Shown piece by piece: positions 28,251-43,414 of a stretch of DNA of 64,000 bases. A program made the translations under genes and the position numbers. A model generated the notes under the pieces. That model was not told the origin of the DNA. It saw nothing but the letters and a program-made list of their open reading frames with translations, and ran no database searches. The DNA comes from the human T2T-CHM13v2.0 reference genome, Homo sapiens, in assembly GCF_009914755.1 (NCBI RefSeq), contig NC_060935.1. One strand, written 5' to 3'. Numbering within the stretch: position 1 is the stretch's first letter; the number at the start of each line of letters is the position of its first letter.

Positions 28251-29035
28251 AACATGTCGACATTTAAGGAACTGACTGATTCTATGACTCCTGGTCTGGG
28301 CCCTTCAAGTAGGTAAACCTGGATTATCTGAGAAAGGAAGGAAGTGGTTATAATGCCATTTCTGGGGGAAATGAAATGAAAAGAGAAGAGAAGGGGAGGA
28401 CAACAGAAAGAGGGAGTGATAATGGGGCTTCCTAAGACTGGGAAGCCTGCAGAGTGAGAGTCTCTGCAAGTAGCTGAGATCCATGTCTGGTTGCTCTCCA
28501 TGGGAGCCTTTAGAGATTTGGGGACCAAGCCCTATTGGGGTGGAAATGCCAGTAAAACTTGTACAGAGACTTGGTAAGACTGGAGCTAATACAGGGAAGC
28601 AGGCAACCTTCTTCATACTGACTCTAGGGACATGAGCAAGACACATTGATTTTGACTCATGGTCCTGGATTGGAAATTATTTTCCCTAGTTTCTCTTGAA
28701 GTGTTGAAGCCCCCAGGTTAAGAAGCAACCTAAGAGAAGGAAAAGTGGGGCCACAAAATGACTGACGCACAATTCTAGAGAACTTTGGGTAATGGTAGAT
28801 GTTCTATGACTAAGGAAAAGAAAGAAGTGTGGCATTCTTTACACTTCAAGTTTAGAGAGTAGACAGCAAAGGGTTGTGACAACCTCTGGGCAGTTCAGCT
28901 CCACAGAACTCATGTCTGAGCCCTTTAGAGAAAGCAGTGATGGCAAAAGCTGAAGGAGTGATTTCTTCTAGAGTCCATGAGACATGTAGCCACAGTGCAA
29001 TGTCCAGGGTAGTAACAATTGGGTGGAAAGGTATT

Positions 29036-29409
29036 TGCCATTGTCTGAATGTTTGCATGCCTCTGAATTCCTATGTTAAAATCCTACCCCACGAGGTGGT
29101 GCCATTAGGAGGGTGGGCCTTTGGGAGGTAAGTATGGAATAGGGGTGCAGACCTTTTGAATGGGTGGAGTGCTTTTATAAAAGAGGCCCCAGAGAGCCAG
29201 CTTTCCCTTCCCTATTTGGTGACACAGTAAAAAAAAGTACCATTTATGAACCAGAAAGCAGAACCTCACCAGACACTGAGTCTGCCCGTGCCTTGATCTT
29301 GGACTTCTTAGCCCCCAGAAGCGTAAGAAAAAAATAAAATAATTCTGTTGTTTATAAGCCACCCAGTTTATATGACTTTTTTTTATAGCAGCCCAAGCAA
29401 ACTGAGATA
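29036..29409 (+). mobile_element. MLT1A0-type MaLR solo LTR
   Basis: ccttgatcttggacttc, tgttgtttataagccacccagt, ...actgagata end. Confidence 0.85.
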
Positions 29410-31349
29410 GCGTTCTTCTCAATCCCAATTAAAATGCCCTTGAGGCACTGATGCCTTGATTACCTGACTCTATGGAATAATATGCTGGTAGCTTGATCCT
29501 CTGGATATGCAGGCAGTTTGAGAGGAGGCTTTTTGCAATGTTAGGAGTGAGAATCTTTGGAATGGACATCAAAGTTTGATTGTCAGCCGTGAATGTGAGG
29601 AGCTTCAGGGGGTAGGAATGACAGAGCAGCATACCATTTACTATGCTGTAACTAACAGACATGTTCTTGATCTTAGTTGAGACCATCTAGGAACTTCCTA
29701 AAATAATCGGTTGAGATTTTGAGAAGTTTTTGTAAGATAGAGACAAAGCCAATGAAATTTTAGTGTTCATGCAGACCAATTGTACTCACACTCTAGTGAC
29801 AACTGAGGACACTTTAGTTATATGAATCACACACATTAAAGTTAAGAGCCTTGCCCGTGGTCTCCCCAATCTTTTATGATGAAAGTAAAATTTAAATTAT
29901 GGACTTAACTTCAAATTTACCACCTACTTTATTATATCATCACTGCCTTTCACCCAAGCTTATCAATAAGCTTCTCAGGGAATGTCTTATAAGGAGAGAG
30001 ATGATCACAAATACTTTGAGATTACTTAAACACCCATTGGTTGTACCTATTTTAATGTAAGTTGGTACAGTTTGTTTTTAAATTTTTTTACCTTTAAGCT
30101 TTTTTTTATTTGAAGTTTATACAGTTTGAACACTTTAAACAAAATGCTTTATTTACAATTTAACAAAATAAAACCCCAGAAACTAAATGGAGTGTCAGAA
30201 TACAAAGGCCCTGTTTCCCCTGCAAAAATCACAAAAAAACGTGAATTGTCACATAAACATAAATAAGGTGGAAAGTAGAAAATAGGAATTCTCAAATATT
30301 TCATATGGTGAGCAGTTATGATGAGTATGCAAACCCAAGCTCATCTTTTGCAAGAAAAGAGAGTTTCTCTCTCTCAGGCTACCTGGCAGTGGCTGGGATG
30401 CTGACACTCTCTCAGGTAGCAAATTCCTTCCCTTCAAGTTAATAATGCCTAATATTTCCTTGAGTTTACTCAATATCTACTCTATGACTCAATACTCTCC
30501 ATTCTCCAATATCTCTGCCTTCCTATAGCCCTGAACAAAAACTTTTGTTGTTGTTAATGTTCTGCTGTCCCCTTACATGTTTTCTTCCTCTCATTCTTCC
30601 TATATCACTGACCTTGGTCATCCATCAATTCAAGTCATTAGAGCATAAAACTTCTTGACACCCAGAACTGGCTTAATACTTGTTTTGTATCACTAGCACT
30701 TTGCACTTGGCTAAACACTCAGTAGGTGCTTTGGATTCATTGTTATACTCCTTAGATTTGTGATATTAATCAGTATCCTAAAAGAGAAAAGTATTTAGAA
30801 GAAATCTGGTAATAATCTATACACTGGGAAGTTATGCAAAGGAAATAGCTTCCTATGTTTCCAGGTGTTGCTGTTACCGAGGTACATTGCTTCTATATAA
30901 ATTCACAAACTATAATCAGTCTCATATTGCATATAGGAGATTAGAAGCACCATTTGTATGTAGCCTCAGTCTACTGCTCCTAATTACTGAGGACTGCTAT
31001 TACTCAGGCTGATAAATTACTAAACATTATGTCTCCTATGAAAACATTCCATGACAATACAAATGTCTGAATAATTAAATTGCCTTACTCTGGGTTGAAT
31101 ATAGATAATCAACGTAAGATATTTTGAAAAATGCAAACAACAAGAAGAATGCAAGAAATAATCTCTTTCAGAAGATTTAATTTCTCTGGACCTAAGTCTC
31201 TGTAACCACTAAAGTATAATGACTAGTACATAGCAGGCACTGAGTAAGTGTTTGTTGAATGAATGAATGCATGGTGAATAAATGAGTGAATACAACAATG
31301 GTTGCTCTGCTTAATTCCAGGGTTGTTATAAGGATAAACTGAAGTAAGA

Positions 31350-31500
31350 GTTGAGTATATACTAGAGAAATAAATTTGTCATCAGACAGTCTTGGTTTTG
31401 GATCCTGCCTCTGGCATTTATAAACCATGCCATTTTGAGCAAATCACTTAACCTTTGCATAGGACCTCATGCATGATTGGTTCCCAATAAGTGAGCACTA
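31350..31500 (+). mobile_element. MIR (preceded by an L2 3' tail at ~31190-31280)
   Basis: ttgagcaaatcacttaacct, with tgttgaatgaatgaatg upstream. Confidence 0.55.
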
Positions 31501-32257
31501 TCACTTGTGGAAAGGATAGTGTGTAATGCAAAGTTTTCTTTCTCATTATTTGTCATTTGGTACCTTTTTAACCTGATAAGTGTTTCTTTGTGGTTCTAGC
31601 AATCCATATTTTATACTTTCTTAGTCAAGTCACAGGGAAATCGTGTATTTTATACTATGAATATTGCTCCCCCTGAGGACAAAAGCAAAATATTTCAAAA
31701 ATTCATAAGATAATAACTAGTATATGCAAACCACTGGTGATCTGGTGTCATTTGCTGGCTATTGGGGTCTGGTAAATAATTCTTCACAAAGTTCATTTTG
31801 ATCAGGGAGCTGCCAGCCATCTTCATAGCTCGTGTTTAATAAGCTAAGTTTTGTGATTTAGCATCAGGCATTTAATATAGGGCCAGCTATATGGTTCTGT
31901 GTAGTTGCATACTCATAAATATCCAATATCCATTATCCAGTGTTGTTGAGTAGAATGTCATTCACATGAACTCATTTGTCATGTTTGGTAGTTTTTAAGA
32001 CAGGGATACTTTTTTTTTTTAACCTATCCCATACATTTATTTATTTCTAAGCACAAAGGGCACTTGGAAGAAAATGGAGCAGCTGGTAAACACTTATGGA
32101 GATAAATGCTATCTTTTTCTGTCCCTCTCTAATGTCTCATCAATTCTTCAATTCTAATTGAGGTCTTTTAAATCTTAATGGACATTCTTTCTGCTTATTA
32201 TTACAGTTATCTGGAGACATCAGTAAATAGGCTGCATTATAAATAATGTTTCTCATG

Positions 32258-32620
32258 TATCTTAGCTTGTTTTGTGTTGCTATAACAGACTATCACAGAC
32301 CGGGTAATTAATAAAGAATTTATTTCTCACAGTTTGGGAGGCTGAGAAGTTCAACCTCAAAATGCTAGCATCTTATTGGGTCTTCTTGCTGTGTCATCCC
32401 ACGGTGGAAGTAGAAGGGCAAGATAGTACAAGGCAGCATGAGAAAGTCTAACTCCTTTTTATAACAAACTCACTCTTGAGATAATTAACCCATTCCCATC
32501 ACAACGACATTAATCTATTCACAAAGGCAGAGCCCTCATGACCTAATCACCTGTTATTAGGTGCACTGGAGATTAAGTTTCCAACATACGCACATTGGAG
32601 AATGCATTCAAATTTTAGCT
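32258..32620 (-). mobile_element. MSTD-like MaLR solo LTR
   Basis: gttgctataacaga...ggcagagccctcatgacctaatcacct. Confidence 0.75.
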
Positions 32621-35171
32621 CCTTATATCTAAAGTGAAGCCCTTTAGTGGCCAGTTTTTGGAGAGAAAAAATGGGTAAGCCTGTGAATGTGAATTTCCAT
32701 ATCCCATGGCATTGGAAATTCTACTCTTAGCATAATTTTCATGGGATAGTTGTAACGTGTCTAGTTGTTTCTCCCTATACTAAAATAATCTAACAAACAA
32801 AAATCCCAAACAATTCAAATGCTATAATTTTAGAATAATTAATTCTCCCTTATTTTTTTCTGACTACTCTCTTAAAGTAAGACTGCGAATTACCACTTTT
32901 TGCTTCCACTAGGCTATTTGCCTCTAGTCTTAACCACTTTTCCTTTTCTATTTTACTACTTCTTGTTTCTCTTTTCCTCCCTCCCTCCTTTTTTCCCCCA
33001 CATTTTCTTCTTTTTTCAACAAACTTCAGTGCCTACAGTGGCTATGGGCAGTGTGCGGTGCTGATGGAACAGTGATGCATTAGGCAATATTCCTCCCTCA
33101 TGGTGCGAATAATCCTGGGGGGAGCAGACTCATAATAGAGAATTAACATCTGATGTGTTAATTTATTCTGGAGGCAGCCTAGTGGGATAGAGGATAGTAA
33201 TAATCAAAATACCACAAATTAGTTGATTTTAGAAGGGCACATGAATTTATAAAGCATCATATGGAAGACAATATATTTGAATAACATGTCAAATAGGAAT
33301 AGAGAGGTTTAAGTAAAGAAATAAAATTATTTTCAGATTAAAACGTATCACCTTTAGCAAATAGATGTTGTGACAGCTATTTTGTCTGCTTTATCTGCTT
33401 TGTTTTGCTAATTTTGAGTGTGCTAGGTTATGTGGTTGAGCAATTGTGCTGTGATGTTATACTGTTTGTTTGCAATGGAGTTGTAGCTCACTCCTTACTT
33501 TTCTTTCCCATTACCTAATGGAAATTAAGAGTGGTGCCATTAGCGAGTACACCTGCCTCAGGGAATGATGTGTTTTGCAGATACAAAGTCTTGAAACCAT
33601 ATCGTTTGTCACTTACCTAGGACAAAAAATATAGTCACTGAGAATTCTGATAACTCCTTACGGGTCCTTGAAAGTATAATAAATAAAATATAAATTTCAT
33701 TTCCTCCCATAGTATTTTACATTTTAGATGTGGTCTGAAAGGCTATTTTAATTTTACATATCTGTGTCTATATAGCTTTACATTTTGAAAGTACAGTTAT
33801 ATTTGGCTTTTTAAGGAAAACCAGTATCGGACACCATCCTGATAGGAAATCATTTAATTATGATGTTCAGTTTCAATGCCTTAGGTTTGTTCTTCCAAAT
33901 TATGTTGAAATAGGTGTCTTTAGAAATCCTCTGCTCCTGCAAAGAAATCTCAGGCTCCTTGTTGTTAGACGCAGTTCTTATTCCTGAGATTCCAGCATCC
34001 CTAAAAAGGAGATGAGTAAATGGGGACATAGAATAATTGTATACTTTTTTTATGTTCTACCTTCTCCTTTTTTTAGTTTTAATCTGTTATTTTCTGACTT
34101 AACAGTTTGCTCTTCAGTCATCTTGTATTTTAATATTTAAGGTGATACATTCCTTTACGACTTTAACCTCATTTCCGAAGTATTGATCTTCAGTGTTACC
34201 ATTGTCATTTAATTCTAAAGGTTAATTTTTATTAGAATTTCTTTGATATAAAGGTTTTTCAAAGAAGTTCTCTAAAATTTGTGTTTGGATTTTTTAAAAT
34301 TTTCAATTGTATTGTGTTTTGTTCAGACAACATTATTTCATGACATATCTTCTTATTTCTTGAAATTTTGTTTTGTGGACAAGTATACACTTAAAAAAGT
34401 TCCATGTGTGCATACAATGAACATGTATCTTCTATTTGGGGTACAAACTTTCACATACATTAATTGTGTTCAAATATTTTATAACCTTACTATTATCAAG
34501 ACCTTTAAATTTATCAAGCATGACCTTAATTAGGTGATATTAATCGTTTAATCATTAATTGATCATTAATCAACCTTTTTGCTGTGAAATTTTGCTGATC
34601 AATGTGAAAGAAACTACGAAGGTAATAATGAAGGGGTCATTTTGTAGCATGGTAGTATCACCCTGGTCCTAGGACCTGGGTCTCAGCTCCTTTTCTGACT
34701 CTCTCAGTGACGTGAGGCTTCTCTGAATTTTACCTCTAAAATGGAAACAATGACATATGCTCTAGCTTTTTTACGTAATTGTGAGAGGAAAGATGCACTA
34801 CATAAGCCAATGCTATGAGGATTGCAGAACTTCCAAAGCAAGGATGGTTGAGGAATTCCCTTTCTTACTTTACACGCTTTAATTATGGAAAACAAGATAT
34901 AACAAAATTATACGCAGACTTTTTCCTTAGGAAGTTTTTTATACGATGTTTCCTACTTTGTTTAGTGAGGAGTTGTACAATTAGTAACAATCAAATTAAT
35001 ATAAGCAATATTAAAATCAGCTGTTCCCATGAGGGACTAGTGATAAGATATAATTTTGTTGTAATGCAAGCGGCAATGACAATTCATTATATGTAAATTA
35101 CGGGATGTTTTAAGTTCTATAAAGCTCATGATATTTTATCTTATTTAAAAAAATAAATTTAGAAAATAAGA

Positions 35172-35285
35172 AATAGGGTTTCACCATGTTGCTCAGGCTG
35201 CTCTTGAACTCCTGGGTTCAAGTGATCCTCCCACCTCATCTTCACAAAGTGCTGCGATTACAGGCATGAGCCGCCATATCTGATC
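35172..35285 (-). mobile_element. Alu left monomer / FLAM
   Basis: gggtttcaccatgttgctcaggct...gattacaggcatgagcc. Confidence 0.8.
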
Positions 35286-35661
35286 AAGTCCATGATATTT
35301 TAAATTCTAAAATGGAATTCCAAAATAACTTCTTTCACAACCTACCTATGTACCATGGTTTTACTTTCAGCACCTGAGGGTAGTTTTACATTTGCAGTAT
35401 CAGATTAGGTAAGACAACAAATAAAAAATTACACCAGAAAGTCCTAAATTACTTTAAGGCAAGTTGAAATGTGGTGACTTTGTTTTTATTAAATTAACTT
35501 ATAAATGTAAAAATATTTATTAAATTTTATAGAAATTACTGTAAAATGTAAAATTAAATCATGTCTTCACCAAAGAATTATGATGACCATCTTCTTTACC
35601 TAGTAGCCATACCCACTCTTTTTCTTTTTCTCTTTACACATCTAATATCGGCATTCTCAGT

Positions 35662-36569
35662 TGTAGCGGGTAGAGCTGAGTGCTGCCAAAATATGTTGAT
35701 GTCTTAACCCCTGGTACCTGTGAATGTGACTATTAGGAAGTAGGAACATTACAAATGTAATAAAACTAAATTGAGGTCATACTGGTTTAGGGTGGTCCCT
35801 AATACAATGACTTATATCCTTATAATAAGAGAAAAATTTGAACACAGACAGGAACAGGCACTGAAAAAGTCTGTATGAAAACTGAAGCAGAGTTACGCTG
35901 CCACAGGTCAAAGGATGCAGAGGATTGCCAGCCACCATCAGAAACCAGATGAGGCAAGGATAGATTTTTTTCAAAGAAATTTTAATTGTCAAATAAAAAC
36001 TGTGTATATTCAAGATGTACAACATGACAATTTGATAAATATGAAATGATTACACAATCAAACCATTAGTGTATATGTGTGTGTGTATGCATGTGTGTTG
36101 TAAGGACACTTAAGATCTACTCTCTTAGCAAGTTTCAAGTAAACAGTACAGTATTGTTTACTATAGTCCTTATGCTGTACACTAGATCCCCAGAACTTAT
36201 TTATCTTATAGCTGAAAGTTGTACCCTTTACCCAGCATCTCTCCATTTCCCCCCAACTGCAGCCCCTGGCAACCACCACTCTACACTCTATTTCCATGAG
36301 TTCATTTTTTTAGAATTCAAATATAAGTGAGATAATATAGTATTTGCCTCTCTATATTTGGGTTATTTCATTTAGCATGATTAGAGAAGGATGGATTCAC
36401 AAATTAGTAAGGGATAGATTCTTCCTTAGAGTCCTTGGAGGGAGCATGACCCTGCTGACCTCTTGATTTCAGACTTGTAGTCTCCAGTACTATGAGAGAA
36501 TAAATTTCTGTTGTTTGAAGCGACAAGGTTTGTGGTAATTTATTATGGCAGCCCTAGCAAACTAATACA
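35662..36569 (+). mobile_element. MLT1C-type LTR, split by an L1MA fragment
   Basis: cctgtgaatgtgac...aataaatttctgttg...gcaaactaataca. Confidence 0.8.
35965..36381 (-). mobile_element. L1MA 3' end
   Basis: cttaagatctactctcttagcaa and cagcccctggcaaccacca, with TSD-like ggatagatt. Confidence 0.8.
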
Positions 36570-37394
36570 CCAGAGACCTGCCTTCCACATCTTCTCCTTT
36601 TTCAAGGTGTCTTTGGCAATCTGTTCCCTTCTTTTGAATTCTTCTTCTATCACAATTGCATAAGTAACTTCCAAATCATGATCTATCTATCCAGCTCCAG
36701 CTCTGTATTTCTTACTCTATTCTCAACATCATCACCAAGGTTTCCTATGGGAGCATCACATCCAGTATATGAAGTCCATCATCTTCCTGCTAAACTTGAG
36801 TTACCCCTTTCTGGTTGTGGTCCCATCATCCTTTCAGTTACCCAGACTTAAAGTGAAAGGGCCATCCTTGGCTTCTCTGCCATCTTTTGCCCATCCTGTA
36901 CACCACTGTCCCACGGACGAGGATGGTTTTCAGGTCCCTGTGGACCATAACACACATAACACTCTGTTTTTTAATACCATCTTTACTGGGCTAGCCCAAC
37001 AGCCCTCTGATGGATTCATTTCTGTTAGTCTGTTGAACATATTATTCACCTTATGCAGTCTTTAAAAATTATGCTGTGCAAAGCTCTGATTGTGTTATTC
37101 CATTGCTTAAATGACTTAAACATTTCATCACTGTCTTCCAAATAAAATCAGACTGATGTGAATGTTCTCCCTCCTCAGAAGCCACTTCCTTTTAACCCAT
37201 TTTCTTCTAAAACCCCTTAGGTACATTATTTATCTAAATCAATGTTGTTTTCTTTCCTTAAGTTTTTATACCTCAATGCTTTTTTTGTAGCTGTTGATCT
37301 TATATCTTTCTACCTGTATTGTTCTTTCCTTTATTATCCAAAAGTTAAACTCTGGCCTCTTAATAAAGTTTGAAGATCACCTCCTTTGGTTCTC

Positions 37395-37840
<446 letters not shown>

Positions 37841-38882
37841 TGACCTATGTACTCTTGTGTACTCTTTCAGATTACAAGCTCACTGAGGGGAAAGACATGA
37901 TTTATCTAACACTGCGCCTAACTTAGTGCCTTGGACAGAGCAGACACTCAATAAAAATCTTTGAATGAATCAGTGCCTATTAAAAATGAAAGCATAATCA
38001 TTTAAAATCATTGTGGCTCTGATTATTTAACTCTGATTACGTCCTTTCCTCTCTACTGACTCTAAACATTTTTTAAAAATCTGTGTATTTTTGGCAGCAC
38101 TACCCCCTCACATCCTCCAGATCATATTATCTCCTTGTCCCCAATTATCATGATAGAATAAATTAAGGAAGGCTCCTCAGTTAAAGGATGCTACTGCTTC
38201 TTTTAAGACAGCGTGCATGTATTGCGTTTATTAAGTATTCTTGGAAAATTTTGTGTTTATGTCAAATTGTTGGACAACATACAAGTCATGTAAGAGATTT
38301 GCTTCCAATGTGTTTTACCTGCTGAATGTGTTTACTTGTATGCAGAACATTCTTGGAGACTAAATTGTCAACTCTTCTACGGTGAAGGGGCTGGTGCTAT
38401 TTGCATAGCTACAGAGGACAGGGAAAGTGTCTGGCATGTTCCAGGTTTGAAAGAGCCCTTTTGCAGCTGAGCCAGGCTTCCATCCCACTGTCCTTGAGGA
38501 CATACCACTTGGGAGTAGCTGAGAACAGGGAATGCCAGGTGTTGGCTGGGAGCTACTCAGAGAAAGATGTCCTCACACCTGAATCTTTCCTAAGAACCTC
38601 TAGAACTGCTCTGCCTTCTTAAAATCATGTTGGTCATCTCAAAAGTGGTGAAAACTATCTATACACAACTCAGAAACTGAAAGGCCAGATCTCCTGTACT
38701 TAACACATTGCGTATAGCTTAATACCAAGAACTAGTGGGTTTTTAATGAAATGCATATTGATCTTATAGTTTATTTTATGTCATTTTTTTTGCTTATTTG
38801 ACCTTTCTTACTACGAAGAGACACTTTTTTAATAAAGCTAATGCATATTCATTAAGAGAAATACCAAACTGAATAAAATGAC

Positions 38883-39208
<326 letters not shown>

Positions 39209-39409
39209 TCAAAGATGATGCTTCAAGTGTCGAATGACATTAGAAAGGTCAAAATTAAAAGAATAAAATTATTTTAAAGTGAATAATATTTATAGAGAAA
39301 AGGCTCACGTTTCCAGAGGCAAAGAAGGGGTGACTTAGGATGACTGTATGTTGCATTAATGTTCACAGAAAACTTTTTGTTGTATATCATGTTTATTTGA
39401 GTGTCTCAA

Positions 39410-40120
39410 AGAGGCTTGTAGTTCAGTGGAAGAAAACAAACACTGGACTTTGTGTCCTGAGAGATTCTCCTCCAGACCACATGATCAGCTTCCAGTGTGA
39501 TGTTGTCAAAGCATGTCACCTGCATGGGTGGGCCTAGGTTTCATCACCTGTGCTTTGAAGCCAGTTGCAAATCTGAAAATCTGGATACAGATTGAAGGGC
39601 AATGGCAGCCCCTCTCTCCCTGAGTGCTCATGATATGCCACAACTTGCGCTAAGCACTTTACATGCATCAGTGCAATCTATTTTCCCAGCAGCCCTCAGC
39701 TTCAAGAGGTGCAGCAACCTGCTCCAGTCCATTCAGCTGGTAAGTGACAGAGGCGGAATTTGAATAAATCTGTCTTATTTACCACTACACTATGCTGCAA
39801 GGACAATGAGGGAGGCAGTGGAGTTAGGAGGTTTTTTAAAAAAGCCAGGACTCTTTTTCTCTCCTTTTCTCACTAAAATAAAGTATTTCAGAATATATGT
39901 TATCCTTGAAAAATTGTATTTCTCAAGGAGTTAACGAGAACTAATATGTGCATGAGACTCCGCAGCAGGAAAATATAGTTGAGTAGGATTCAGGACACCT
40001 CATAGCTACTCCTCAATCTTGCATTAGATACCTCGGGCAAATCACATAGCTCCTCCCTGCCTCAGTTTCTTCATTTGCAAAATTGAAATAATACTGTTCT
40101 GTTGAGCTAAATGAAACATG
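39410..40120. mobile_element. Cluster of three MIR relics (+, -, +)
   Basis: Cores near 39410-39560, 39620-39790 and 39970-40120 (cctcagtttcttcatttgcaaaat). Confidence 0.55.
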
Positions 40121-40793
40121 CCCACAAAATACAAAAAGTATAAAGTAATTAACAAGGTAAATTATTTCATATAAACTTCCTCAATTACCAACCCAACTTT
40201 TCTCCTCCTCACCAAGGGCGGCAAGGAGAAAATGAAGAATTTGCGTCAGTGGTCTTAGCCAGTGGTATGGATATCTGAGCACTTAACTCTAACTTTAGCT
40301 GTGCCTCTGATAGACTGATCTCAATGGCACAGGAATCTCTGGAGAGCTTTGAATTTGGATCATAATAATTTGCTGGAATTAGCTGTCTAGGGATAGGATA
40401 ACCCAATCTTTTGACAGGGAATAATTTGACATTGCTGAATCAGGGCTGGAAATGCCAAAAATGCTGGGAGGTAGGGGATAGGATGTGATGATATTGCTAC
40501 ATTGCAAACATTCATGCAATTTCTCTATTTCTCTTCCTTCTTTGGAGATAATATGTCGTAAGATGATACGCAAAATCTCTTCAATGCAAATAATGGTGTT
40601 TTTCAAGTGGACTTGCATTTTATGTTATACATACATAATAGAATCATATTCTTCAACCATGAGAGCTGGAGATAAAGTTAATCTCAATCAAATGCTGCTC
40701 TGAATTAACCAGTGAAAAGTAAGACTCAGCTCTAATAGGGGAAAGAGGGATGTTGCAAAACACACCATTTGTACCATTTTCTTCCTTACATTT

Positions 40794-41264
40794 TATATTT
40801 GTTTCCAGGAGCTGCTGTAACAAATTACCACACACTAGATGGTTAAAACAAGAATGTATTCTTTCACAATTCTGGAGGCTAGAAATCCTAAATCAAGGTG
40901 TTGGGAGAGCCGTGCATTCTCCAAACCCTCTAGGGATGGATTCTTTCTCATATCTTCCACCTCCTGATGGCCTCACATGTTCCTTTGTTTGTGGCAGCAT
41001 AACTTTAATCTTTGTCCTATGTTCACATAGCTGTCTTCTCTATGTCTGTATCTTCACATGGCATTTTACTCTATGTGTCTCTGCTCACATTTCCCTCTTC
41101 TTACAAGGACACTAGTCATACTGGATTATGGCCCACCCTAAGGACCTTAACTTGTCTTAACTTTGTCTGCAAAGATCCTATTTCCAAATGAGGTTATATT
41201 CACTTGTATTTACAGGTACTTGGGGTTAGAACTTCAGCATATTTATTTTGATCCAACCTATACA
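40794..41264 (-). mobile_element. MLT1B/C-type LTR
   Basis: gctgctgtaacaaattaccaca and cttacaaggacactagtcatactggatt. Confidence 0.8.
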
Positions 41265-41444
41265 TAGCTTTTTGGAAGTGTTTTGTTTGAGAAGGCATGG
41301 GAGAATTTAGGCAAGTTAATGAGGAAAGGAGAGATCATGGAATTTCAAGGTAAAACTCTATTTTTGCCAGATAGTCATATACATTTCTTATGTATCATTT
41401 AGCGCCACTCATCTTCTCATAATGCAACAGCAAGAGGGTCTTCA

Positions 41445-41754
<310 letters not shown>

Positions 41755-41849
41755 CTATTCTGCAAAACGTCCAAAGAGAAGATTTGTAGAAAATATTCAG
41801 AGGTAGACAGTTTTCTATGAACAAATCACCAGAGCAGTCTAGGAAGAGA

Positions 41850-42080
41850 TTAAGAACAGGAAACTTGGAGTTAGGTAGATCTGGAGTTCAGCACTGCCAT
41901 ATGCTAACTGCCTGACTTTGGCCAACGTAACCACTTTTCCAAGCATCAGTTTACTCATCTGTGAAGGGGATGATAATATTATGTACCTCTTGGGGTTTTT
42001 ATAAGGTTTACCTGAGATAAAGCATATAAAATCCTTACAATAGTGCAAAAGTACATATATTTAAGCACTAAATATATTGT
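41850..42080 (+). mobile_element. MIR
   Basis: tcagtttactcatctgtgaaggggatgataat core. Confidence 0.7.
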
Positions 42081-42231
42081 GCATGATTATTTCTCTGGAT
42101 CCTCTTCCAGGGTATGGATTTCACCTTCTTAACCTGACCCTATACATGTGTGTTTTGGAATTCATTAAAATAATGACTGAAGTTATAAACAATAATGTTT
42201 TGAGCATTTTAAAATATAAACATGGCTGTTA

Positions 42232-42509
<278 letters not shown>

Positions 42510-43414
42510 TCATCGGATCATAATTTTTATAGGATGTCTCAGTGTTAAAATAGCATATGCTATTAGTTACGTGTGAATTCAAAAAGCAAATAAGATAAAC
42601 AACTTTTAAAGCTATTTTTTCTTGAATAATTCTTAAATCAACAGTAAAGCAAACAAAAGTAATTTGGCAACAAATATTTCTGTAGAGGTATTATGTCAAT
42701 TTCTTCTTCTCTATAATTTTGAGAACCAGTGTTATGATTTTCTCAATTTTCACTTTCTTGGGCTGCATTATGTGAATGACAAATACCATTTCACTGTGAT
42801 CTTTATTGTGTCAAATAAGAAAGACAAGCTTTACAAAATTCCTTTCAAGTAAATGATTTCCAGAGAGAAAAAAATGAGTGAATTCTAAAATTTTAAATTA
42901 CTTTCCTGTATTGAAAAGGCTAATCTAGTCTAAAGCATAAAATATATTCATTCATAAGGTTTAAAAAACTTATTAGAAAAATATATTCTGACCATATTTT
43001 GGTCTAAAGAAAAATTAAATTTGTCAGAAGAGAAACATATAATTCTAGATACATAATTAATAAAGAGAAATTCTTTGTGTATCTATAAGGGACTACAGAG
43101 AGGAATTTAAGAAGACAGAACAGACTACCAACTCAAATTATCTAATTCTGTTTGAGCACATTAAGAAGTCATTGGTATTCTCTGCATTCTCTGAAGCCAA
43201 AATTGCTTCGAGCTAAAAAAAGAGTCATCTTTCCCATAGTGATGTGTTCTACCAAGTTTCTTCTTGTCGTTTGCTGTCTTTTCACTTGCAATACAGAGAT
43301 GTTCATAATACAAAGAAAAAGAAAAATTATTTGCTTTTTGGAAAAATCCTTTACTCACTAGTACCCCTTGACATGTCAAATATATTGTATCTTGATTAAG
43401 TAAAATACACATTA

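Noticed and set aside
31663-31682. CTCF-like motif gtcctcagggggagca (minus strand)
   Set aside because: The spacing deviates from the core consensus, and it cannot be supported without a PWM scan or ChIP data
31730-32000. Possible ancient LINE RT remnant
   Set aside because: Only a weak xADDT-like resemblance and no sustained frame
39902-39929. 12-bp imperfect hairpin
   Set aside because: AT-rich and within chance expectation for 64 kb
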